DNA of 60,714 nucleotides, filler included, from Perkinsus olseni (Eukaryota): NCBI GenBank assembly GCA_013115125.1. It is 2 parts of 2 records of this genome, joined end to end, with 100 filler letters (N's around TTAATTAATTAA, not from the genome) between each part and the next. Parts side by side here need not be neighbours in the genome. Positions count along the whole stretch, not along the records: positions 30,434 to 60,714 come from JABANN010000422.1; 1 more part is not named here. One strand, 5' to 3'. Shown piece by piece: positions 47,758 to 58,060 of this stretch (position 1 is its first letter; each line of letters starts with the position of its first letter). The notes under the pieces were generated by a model. It saw only the letters and a program-made list of their open reading frames with translations, ran no database searches and was not told where the DNA came from. The position numbers and the translations under genes were made by a program.

Positions 47758-49329
47758 TCAAGACGACGCCGTCGAAGATGAAGTGCCGTCAGAGAGCTGC
47801 GCCTCGTCATTAACGGGGATCTCACGAGCCTCTTTGCTAGCAACTGAAGATGCTGCCGCTTCTCGCTTCCTACAGGCTTCTCGCAGGGCTTCCGTCATAT
47901 GCCCAGCTAGACTGTGAATGGCCTTCCTGTTGATTCGTCCCCATTTCAGCAAGTCCGCTGTGATAAAGTACTTCTCTCGGATCTCACAGATGTATTTGAC
48001 TATCTCGCTTCTTTTCAACTTATCCTTCTCTTTCTCGAGGGCATCACTGCACAGCAAGCAGTAGTCCAACCACTCGAGCGGCAGACGACGATACGGCAAA
48101 GAGTCTTCCACAGACAATCCCTGGTAGACGTCCGTCTTGAAGCGACTGAGACAGGCACAATGACAGCAAAGTGACCATCAAACCCTACCTCATGAAGCGC
48201 TGCATCGCAAAGCGGACGGGATATTTACCAACGATAACCTGGGCGACGTATTCAAAGGCTAGTCCTAGGCTGACGTGATCAGCCCCTTTGATAGTCATTA
48301 GACGGCCATAGTACTGCTGCTCGATAATCTGGTCATCGAAAATACCATCCGCAATGCAGTCCTTCTCTGAACAAACTGTACAGTAGGTAATACCACTCCA
48401 CAACCAATTCTACCCAATTTGATGCGAGTACTGGAATCCTGTTCGATGGTCCGCAACACACAACCCTTTGGGCCAAGCAGAGCTGCTTGGACAAAACCCG
48501 GTACGACAAGAGACTGACCGAATGAGCGAACACGAATGGGGGTAGGCCCAAAATCTGAATTACTACAATCTCCTTCGAGAAAGTGTTTTCCACAGCAGAA
48601 TCCTTCAGCGTCAGGCGCCCACTTGTGATAATATCTTCAATCAAAGACGCGCACTTATCAACTTCGGGCTGCGTGTCTGACGAGGAAAGGAATAGCACCA
48701 CCTCGAGCACTAGCACTCACCTCCTATGACAGACAAGGTCATGAATCCAGGTTGACCATCGATATCTCGGCTCTCTATCTTACAGGACGTGGACGACTCA
48801 AGACGCTTCACAGTAGCACCACCACAACCGATGACCTGCAAAAAAGGCAACGATAATAGCAGCACCAAAAGATACTGGTATGACCATTCCAATCAGGTCT
48901 TCATGGCACACAACCTGACGGATGATGCTAGTCGGCCGGTGAGGCTCCCCGAAGGACTCTACGAGCAACAGACGAGAATAGGCGTCATAGCGAAGGGCGA
49001 GGGATCATTCACCAGCAGCATCTCCCATCTCGGCTATGATCTGCTCCTGGGCTAAGGCTCCAAGGCCACGCGGATTCCCATACCGGTCAAGGCGGGGTTT
49101 GCAGGGTGCTTGCACCAAGCCTAAAGATATAATCGAGCGTTACCTGACTCATAAACCCACCCTTGGCAGCAGCAAGAGCGGCGGCAGCTGCAGCGGTTAC
49201 TGAGGAAGCACGCTGCCGCTTAGGGGCGTTGGTGAACTCAGAGACGCTATCTACTCGACTACGCTTCCGTTGGCCTTGACAGCACTGCCAAGCAGAGCTA
49301 TAGTGACGAGGCGACTCAAAAGAGGGCAT
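47758..49329 (-). CDS. KH-domain RNA-binding protein, multi-exon
   Basis: VIGCGGATVKRLESSTSCKI (GxxG KH loop) followed by the helix VDKCASLIEDII. Confidence 0.65.
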
Positions 49330-49519
49330 GCAAAGAGTGAACTCAGCTAGGACGAGTCATTATGGCGTCGGCATCAACTGATGCGTTCGACAAATCGCAC
49401 CGGAGTCGGAAATTCCGGCTCAAAGGAATCATTGAGCGTTTCACCGGGCGCGCGCGACTAATTTCGAGGCGCGTGACTCGCGCCGAAGTATCATCTCATT
49501 CTTCTCTAAAGATGGGCGC

Positions 49520-50107
49520 TTGAAGATGGCGTTCAACTTGTTAACTCAGTTGCTCTTCGGCAGACGTGACAAGTACAGTGGTGGAGTCTTCACCCTACCC
49601 CGGTGCCTTGGCGTACCTTTTACCCCTTCGAAACCGACCGATACGGCAGAGCCCATTCGAACCTCTCGAGTGAAATCCCGCTGTGAATGGTTTTGGACTG
49701 AGTCCTTCGTCATCTGCTACTTACGCGACCATTACGGCCTCTTCGACTTCCCTCCGGGCTTCTGGGATGAACGTGATCCGCAAGAAAACGCGCTGGCCCG
49801 CCGTTCGAGGCTGCTCTACCTGCTCACCCACGACTTGACACCTCCCTTAGACGACGCGCTTTTCATGGAAGATGTGGACAACGACGCGATTCTCAGTTTC
49901 CTGGCGGGTCGCGGGTTCATCTACTTAGAGGCTATCGAGGCGGATGGTACCATATGCTCCTTCGGCGTCTACCTCTTGTCAGCATGGAGGGCGTACCGGG
50001 CGAAGATGGCAATGCTTGGTAGATTGTGTGACTCAACTCGGAGCTTCCTCTCTAAGGCCTCTTTCCTGACCCCTCTAGCGATGGTTAGGGCCTTCTCAAG
50101 AATCTAA
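49520..50107 (+). CDS. Hypothetical protein
   Basis: 195-aa intronless ORF divergent from the KH gene; no recognised motif. Confidence 0.45.
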   Translation: MKMAFNLLTQLLFGRRDKYSGGVFTLPRCLGVPFTPSKPTDTAEPIRTSRVKSRCEWFWTESFVICYLRDHYGLFDFPPGFWDERDPQENALARRSRLLYLLTHDLTPPLDDALFMEDVDNDAILSFLAGRGFIYLEAIEADGTICSFGVYLLSAWRAYRAKMAMLGRLCDSTRSFLSKASFLTPLAMVRAFSRI

Positions 50108-50898
50108 TAAAACGTCGTAGAAGTACTATTGCCAATTCAGTACGGATTTTATGATATCAGTGCATTCGAGTGCATACCCCCTGCGGATTCGTATTGCGAA
50201 CTCCTCCTTCAAGTAGTAGCATTAGCTCAGTAGGTCGCAGGACTTGTCGAGCCTTCATGAGGCCGCGAGTACAATTCTCGGTCTTGACTTATACATTGAC
50301 ATTTATAACGATTATTCGATCCCGTCTGTTGTCTCTTCTCGTCGCATGCTGTGTGAAGCCGAGTCTTCACTGCCTCTCATGCTTCGCGTTACAAAGTTGG
50401 CCAATCCTAACGCCCCCCCTCCGGCGGCCTCGGGGTCTCATATGCCACTCTTGCGCCATGTAAGAGCGGAGAGTTGCTTCACCTTGATAGCAGCTAGGGC
50501 ATGACTGTTGATGTTGTTGAAGTGTCCAGCCTTCCCTGGTTCGGGCGAGATTGCTATGCTTGCTGCCTCGGTGAGTTGGCAATGGCGGTCCTTTGCGACT
50601 AAGAGGAGTGCGAAGCCTCGACAGAGGGTGTTCGACATGAAGGTGAGCAAGAATGCCCCTACGAAGGTAATGAGTCTGCTTCCATAGTGGCTTTTGAATA
50701 CAGTTGAGGGGGGCTAGTGCGGCGAAGTAGTATGCAGTTGCTCCGCCCTTGAACGTCTTTCGAAAGAGTGTTGTTGTAGGCTCGATGTGCTTATCGGGCG
50801 ATTGAGGAGGAGTTCCGAGCCCTCAGGCTAGATCGTAAGCTGAAGAACGAAAGCCGGCCATTTGGCATGACTGGCAAGCGATTCGCACTTTGAACAGC

Positions 50899-53800
50899 AT
50901 GGCACCGTTTCTGGATGCTTCAGGAGGGTTGGTGTTCCGTGGCGGGGAGACATTTTACCTCAGTAGACTTCCTTGTATGACATCGCCGCTGCTGGTGCCG
51001 CATCATCACTCGTCGTCGTGTCGGCCCTCCTCGAGAGATCCTCTTGCATTGCCGTTATTGAAGGAGGAGGAAGAGGAGGACTTGGAACGCGGTGGAACAG
51101 ACCGGAGTGACGCTGGTAGTCATGGGAGCTGGGGTGCTGGCGATGGCCGCCTGCATTGGCGCAGATTCGATTCCGTTGGTGAGTACGGTTTCGAGCGCCG
51201 TTGTGGAGACTACAAGGGAGGGGACACCAGAACCCTCAGCAATCAAGTGGCATTACCAAGAACGATCCTACTCGACGACATCTCCCTTCATGCCCGGCAG
51301 AGTGCCCAATCTACGCTCGGCGGCCATCGGGCAGAGCCTTGCGACCCAGGTAACGCTTCCGATCGAGTTGTATGTCCCATTTATGCATCTCAAATGCACC
51401 CTTCGAGATGGTGTCGTAGCCTAGAGGAGCGCTTGGACGAACCTGTAGGGCGGTATTAGGCTTCACTGATGTGAACTAAATTAGGTGTTGATGTGCCCGC
51501 CATCTAGCGCTGCAAGCTATTCTCGAGCTCTCTAGCTCGTCCAGCTCCTTTCCCGTGTAGCACCCGTCCGTCGATTACAGTGTACTCTTGGTAGCCATCA
51601 AGTCCGGAGGCCAGCAGCCCTGAGGGAGGCAGGGCGTCTCGACCGCATCTACGACATCAACAGACCTTCCCTCTCCCCTCCGGCCATGTTGCATCAGAAG
51701 TGTCGTCGCTCAAGACCACGCCAATTCCTGTCTGTGCTGCTGTGGAGGACTGCACTGAGTGAGCTGCGACATCGGGCGGAATTGTCGCTGAAGGGTTGGC
51801 TGAAATTTCACTGAGCTATCCAGTGACTGGGCGGCCTGCGTGAAACAACAGGGCTTTGTTTGATGGCATGAGAATTTCGGGGGCGGCTCTGAAAGGGCAC
51901 AGGAATGGGCGCGTCTGTTTTATTTATACTTTTATCTCGATATTGGCGTTGGAATGCTGAATGATGATGATGAGGCCCTGTGGAGCTGGATAGCACTGGC
52001 TGGCCCAGCTCGTCTGAAGGTTGCCCACGTTGGCGGTCGTGGTCAGGACAGGGTCGAGTCAGCATGGCATCGAGAGAAGGAATCTGAAGCTCTTTGTGCA
52101 GGGGGACAGACGCAGCCTGATATCAGCTAGAGGCAATCTAAACGTGCATCGCCTCATACCCTACATCACCAAAGTAATGAAATTTATCATGTATAATGGA
52201 AGGTGCCGGGATCGAACCCGGGACGTTGGTAGATGCTCTACTTTGAGTCAGGTTTACTTGAACTGGCTTTATGATACATTCCCGTCTATTATTCGTCTGA
52301 AGTGGCACACAATCTTCTTCCTAGTGATTATCATGTAGGTTGGCGCCACCAGGATATGAACCCGGGTCCTTTCCGTGACAGCCAGGGTGCCTCCCCAGAT
52401 ATATCATCGTGATACTCCTATACGCCCTCTGCTTTTGGTCATTCGATAGCAACTTCCTCTGCACTAAGGACGTACATGACCTCGGTGACTACTTTTTTTT
52501 CGTAGTAAGTCCCCTCCTATACACCGCGCACGCCGTCAATACTTACACCACTTGTGCCGCCTTGCACGGGTGTCTAATCCGTTGAGGGGAATATCCGGAC
52601 GAACACGGCCCGTGTCTGCTTGTGGCAAACTATCGTGCTTTCGCGCCACTGCCCAGGTACAGACTCTATTCACAATCGGGTACGGCGGTAAGGAGCCTCT
52701 GTGCTTCGCTACTAACGTCGGTGTAACCATAATATCCATCCTTGGCCTGCTGCAGCACACCGCCCTTACTGGCATCGTATTCGCCAAGTTCACGCTCGAC
52801 AGTGAGTTCCAGCACAAGCAGACCAGTCCTGCCCCGCAGCAGCCGACCATCAGGCTCCCGCGATCTGGCATGTGCCTTCTCGACCCGCCTCTTCGCCATA
52901 CCACCCGGCGAAGACTCCTTCACTGGTCTGGGCGGGTGAGCCATTGAGACTGCCAGTGTGCCCTCTAGATGCCCTCCTTGGCAGAATGGATAGTGATCGA
53001 CTGCAGAGCGTGGCGGCGGACAGCGAGCATGTCAAACTGTGCTTCAGATTTGTTAATGTAGCGCTCGGGCCTCGTACTCATTATTACGCCAGTGATTAAA
53101 CGACAGGTGTTCCATCGTCACTTCTTCCATGTTTCTATGCGCCTCTTTTTGGTCGAGCACCACCCCGCTTCAGAGGACAACTGGAGCTGCCCGACAGTGC
53201 AGGTGACTGACCCTTTGTCTGCTGCAGGCAACTGCAGAGGCCCTCTCAGGAGCTCCACTACTTCGATACGTCTATACCATTGGAGTTCATGAGCCTTCCT
53301 GTGGAAGTCTGCGCCTACATACCGATCGAAAGGCTGCCCTTGCTACACCAAGCCGACGTGCTAGACGATGACGATGAGGAGGGGGATGGAGGGCAGGAGG
53401 GGACTATGGAAGGTGGTCGTAGTGTTCCTCTGCCTCCGCCGTGTCCATCACGACCAAATCACGACCTATCGGGGCCTCTGTCAGACGGAGCTGTAGCGGG
53501 CACTCCAGCAGGCGGCCGCAGTATCCTAGCCGCCGCGGTCAACAACTGCCCGGCGAGCACGTCTACAGTTGGTCAGCACTTCTGGGTCCGCCACTTCAGC
53601 AGTGAACAGTAAGTCTCGCTGTATCCGTCTGCTAGAGTCAGACCGGCCTTCAGCTACAAAGTGGCACGGCAAGTGAGCGGAGCCCCGCCTCCACCACCGC
53701 CAACTATCCCAGCCCCTAACATATGGCCAAGCACCGTCACTCCACGCTCTGCAACTCATGGTGGTGATCCGATGACACCCCAGTAGGAGTACCTCGGGGG

Positions 53801-55084
53801 AAGGCTGCTTCCCGATGATTCATCGTACTGTCGTATGGTTTTGCGGCCATTATCATCGAATTCCGCATGGTTCGTCCATGCTGTCGGAGGCAGGTTCCAG
53901 ATCACCATCGTGGAGTAGTCCATTCTGCCAAGAGGTTCTGATGCTTCAGACGTGAGACCCCTCGACAGTCATACGCCGCATCGTCTGCTCGATCATCATG
54001 CTTGAAGGAGGCAGCCAGCAGCTTCGAGTTGGTCTGCACTCTCGAGTTCACTGATGCTACTACCGGTACTAGGGGCTACCTCAGGAGGGAGGAGCGTGGT
54101 GGTGTACAGCATCAGCAGCAGGTCATGAGATCAGCGCCAAGAAGTCCTGGCCATTGACTGACGTCACGTGGCTTCCTCCTGGCACAGACATAAGTCTGTG
54201 CTGGATGAGTATAGTCCAGCGTGTCGGCAACACAGGAGTTTACAACGTGGATGTAGTTCCTTTGCTAAACTGCCTCTACAGGCCCATCGCCAGGCGTCAT
54301 TATCATCAGGTGAGTAACTTGGACTCCATCGCCTCATACGACTACGAGTCTTCGGCGTCGGGGCAGTCGTCTAGAGAGGAAGGCTCATCAATATCCTACA
54401 GTCTCCAATCACCGAGGGATCCGGTACGATGCTCGCCCTATTGAGGTGTGGTTGGCTAGTCGCACGAACTGCAGGTGGACTTCTCGACGCCGAGCCCCGC
54501 GTTCAATAGTGATACCTCACCAGTGAACCATGTACCACGGCCTACCGTCAGGTATAAATGCGCGACCGGGGATCGAACCAGGAACTGATCATTTTCAGTC
54601 GCGTGTGGAGTACGGCGGCTACGGCTGAGGCTGCCAAAGATGAGCAGCTTCCAGACTCGGCATGGAGCATTCGCCTGGGGACGTATCGAATGGATTCCGA
54701 AACCTCGCCTGAGAGGGAGAACGACAAGGGCTCCAAGCGGGAGAGCGGGAGGTCATTCCAAGTGCGGTCGTTGCCTCCGATTCTGATATCAGATTCCCGA
54801 GAGCGTCGGGTGGTGTGGCCAATCGATGGCTCAGCGCAGAAGACCCGAAAGTTCTCTTCGCGTCGAAGGCAGCGAACGATCTCTCACAGTCTAATGCCAC
54901 AGCCGATGTCACCAGCCGCAGCGCCGCCACGGTATTGAGCACCGCTGGCTCGGCGTCGAAGAGATACATGAGGTCCAGGACGATGAGCAACATCGGCGAC
55001 TTGGGCTCCCGCATCCCTCTGGGCATCAGACGGCAGTCGCAACGTCGAGCCTTTGGCGCTGGACTTGTCGATAGTCTGGATTGA
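50899..55084 (+). CDS. Inward-rectifier potassium channel (Kir), multi-exon
   Basis: ARGNLNV, WLYDTFPSIIRLKW (slide helix), M1, FFFV-VQTLFTIGYGG selectivity filter, LTGIVFAKF (M2), CAFS, LCFRFVN, FELVCTLEFTDATTG. Secure core ~52075-54260; termini approximate. Confidence 0.9.
52197..52249 (-). pseudogene. tRNA-Ala-like fragment (D arm + T arm + acceptor 3' strand) antisense inside Kir intron 52174-52251
   Basis: Minus strand GACTCAAAGTAGAGC ATCTACCAAC GTCCCGGGTTCGATCCCGGCACCTTCCA. Confidence 0.7.
52341..52390 (-). pseudogene. tRNA-like 3' half antisense inside Kir intron 52335-52398
   Basis: Minus strand ...GGCTGTCACGGAAAGGAC CCGGG TTCATAT CCTGG TGGCGCCA: paired T stem and a 7+1-nt acceptor end. 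Confidence 0.6.
54559..54584 (-). pseudogene. tRNA-Gly-like 3' end antisense inside Kir intron 54552-54598
   Basis: Minus strand TT CCTGG TTCGATC CCCGG TCGCGCA with a consensus B box. Confidence 0.55.
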
Positions 55085-55535
55085 ACCCGCGTCCTTCATG
55101 AGTTCTTTCCTCTGTATTCACTGCCGAGTGTGTGGTTCGTCTACTTCTTTTGTGAGTGCTATCTTTCTGAGCTCATGGTCTCCCCAGACCAGTGGAGCTC
55201 GCGGTGTGTCTGATGACGATGATGATCAGAAGATACCCCTGATGCTGATCTTGGTTACTTTAACAGCACGTTCATGACTTCACGATATTTGATTCTCATC
55301 CTGATCAAGGCCTTGTGTTCTAGCCGAGTATCGGGCTCTGTCGCGAAACCCCAAGGCACGGAAGATGGCTTCCTATTTGATAAGTGTATTCTGAGCCTGT
55401 GAGAAGGGAGATAATCACACACATCTCAGAGTATGCCGCTTTGCCCGAGCGAGCGAGGACACCACCAGGAACACCAATGAGGTAGCTTCGCGACCTTTTC
55501 TTGCCTGAGTAGTCGTTTATAATCATATTGCCATC

Positions 55536-57551
55536 ATGCCCAGCAGCAACTCGACCACCACCACTTCGACTAGTGAAGACGAGCTCCTGGTGAGTGTCAG
55601 CATCGGCCTTGGTACGTCACTGGCCATTGCTACTTGCAGGCTCCCTATGATGTTACCGAGCCGGTGGTCATCAACGAGGATGGCGACAATATCGAAATCC
55701 GAATTCATTTCAACGGAAGACTCGTTGCCCTCCACAGGCGATCATCGGATGATGTGGACCAGGTGGGCTGCTCCTCCTCGGTCGTCTTCCCGTGGAGTGT
55801 TGACCCCGTAGGTGCTCAAGCGGATGCGGTTGAGCATGGAGAAGAGCTCGAGTAAGAAAAAGAAGCATCAGAAAGCATCCTGTCCAATGCAGGTAGTAGC
55901 AGCTGCGGCGGTATGTATCACTAATACCGGAGGCTTTGAGAGGGATTAACGACATATTTTGTGATCTGCAAGTGTCGAGCTTAGATTCATCTCGAGTTCA
56001 TGGATGGGCAAGGGCATGCATTAGCCTCGTCTGACGAGCCCACTGGAGACGGAGCAGCAGAGCCTCTCTCGCTAGGCAGCATAGTAGCCGATACTAAGGC
56101 AGTCTCCGTAAACGAAGAGGTATACCCCTAAGGCGCTGCTCGCCACTGATGATTGCCTCCATCTCCAGGTGTTCCCTGTGGCTCATAACATCCCCACCAT
56201 CGAAGCCCTCTCCCTCAAGCTCTACACATTCGCCCGTTACCCAGTGTTCCCCCAGGTGGAGTGCAGCAACGTCAGTCCCGACGATCTGGTCTATGAGTAT
56301 TATGATGATGATGGTGAACTGGTCCACGTAGGCAAGATATTCTTTCCTAGTGACGACCTCATCGGCAAGAAGCTCAAGGTGGTGGCTTATCACAGTCAGT
56401 GGCCTGAGACATCCCGAAGGGAGTCTCCTTATAGCCGTATTGTACTTCCTTCCCCTAGCATCGGCACCTTCCGAGATCGTCGTCTACCCCAAGCCTTGGA
56501 GCCAACGGGTCCAACTCATCTGAGAGTTGCAAGCTTCAACGTCCTCGGCCAGCGTCATATCCGAACTCCTCTGGAGCCCATATTCTATCATGTACGGGAT
56601 TGCAAGGAGGTGGTTGACTTCGACTACCGAGCCCCGTTGCTGATGCGAGAGCTGCTCGACGTGAAAGCAGACGTAGCAGCTTTACAGGAGGCAGACACTC
56701 GGTTCATGGACGCAGCTGCCAGTGCTATGGCTGATTACACCTTCTGGTTGGCTGAAGACAAGGGTCGAGAAAGTGAAGGGAATAAAGGCAGACGTGGAGA
56801 AGGCTGTGGGCTCGCGTTCAGGAAGGACCGCTTCGAGGAGGTCGGTCGATCGATGCTTGAGCTCGGCAGTGATGGTCTGCTCGAGGAGTTCACCGCAGAG
56901 GAAATCGCAACGTTGCAGCGGCGATGGGCGGGTGTGGATATTTTTAAAGACGTCTTCGACAACCTCGGCATGGTGGCCCAGCTTTTGACACTACGGGATA
57001 GAAGCACTTCCCAGCTGTATATTGTCGGAAACACACACCTGTACCACAGTCCAAAGGCACCTCATGTAAAGATACTCCAAACTCATATGATAATGAAGGC
57101 GTTGGAGCGGCTCATGGCTGATCATCCGCAAGCCATCCCCGTCTTCTGTGGTGACTTGAACTCTTCCTCTCCAGCAGAGGCTGTTGTGGACTACTTCACG
57201 ACGGGCGAGATCCCGGCGGACCATCGCGACTGGCGCAACGGTCCGTACTTCACATGGAGCAACCGCGAGTGTGAAGGCATCGATCGTTCAACGACCAAAG
57301 GCCCGCTCGGGATCCACTTGCACCACGGCGTCAAGTGCTTGGAGCATGTCCCGGAGGAGGGGTACACTAACGCTGTCTGTGGCTGGAAGGGCATCATCGA
57401 CCACATCTTCTACGACCGTTACCATCTTCGTCCACTCTGGAGTCTACCCATTCTCTCTGATGCTGATGTTGAGTCCTGTAATGGCGCCCTGCCTTACAAG
57501 TGTTATGGCAGCGATCATGTTATGATCACCACCGAATTCGAGACACTTTAG
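55536..57551 (+). CDS. PDE12/CCR4-nocturnin-like EEP phosphodiesterase, paralog 1, multi-exon
   Basis: RVASFNVLG, ADVAALQEAD, EGCGLAFRKDRF, VGNTHLY, FCGDLNS, YTNAV, IIDHIFY, GSDH; PDE12-like N-terminal extension. Confidence 0.9.
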
Positions 57552-57763
57552 TGAACGGTCTGTTGACTGAAGCAGTCGATCGGATAATTCCACTTTCTTC
57601 ATTCGAATGTATTATTTCCTGTTTATGATAGTGTTGACTTCAGTTTAACCATAATGACCAGATAACATTAATTAGTAAAACCCGTGGCCTCGCTCTGAGA
57701 GCAACGTTCTTTGGCTTGGTGAATAGAGCCCATTTAAGAGGCTGAACGACTCCCCCTCGAATG

Positions 57764-57941
57764 GTACGTCGGTGCTAGTCTAACTAGGCCGTACTGTCAG
57801 CGTTGGACTTTAAACTCACACACACCAGTGACGCGAGTCTACTTGCTAGGAATCACTGGCCGACACTCGGGGCGCGCGAGTGTGTGTCAGTTTAAAGCCC
57901 AGCGCCGGCAGTAAGGCTCAGGTAGACTAGCACCCATGTAC
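57764..57941. repeat. Long imperfect inverted repeat (~62-bp arms) between the convergent PDE12-like genes
   Basis: Left arm GTACGTCGGTGCTAGTCTAACTAGGCCGTACTGTCAGCGTTGGACTTTAAACTCACACACAC; right arm reverse-complements to GTACATGGGTGCTAGTCTACCTGAGCCTTACTGCCGGCGCTGGGCTTTAAACTGACACACAC. Confidence 0.9.
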
Positions 57942-58060
57942 TTTCTGTGGAGGACCAGCCGAGCGTGAGAGTGAGCAATCTATCCTCCTGCTGCTGACCA
58001 CAATCAACATACTAACTCGAAAAACCCATCGCAGGGCGGAAACGATGCGCTGTGAATCGT

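Noticed and set aside
55075-55096. Antisense B-box-like GGACGCGGGTTCAATCC at the Kir stop codon
   Set aside because: No paired T stem or acceptor end; too weak to count with the intronic tRNA fragments.
57689-57975. SRP (7SL) RNA interpretation of the long hairpin
   Set aside because: Helix-8 GNRA/SRP54 motif and Alu UGU motif not found on either strand.
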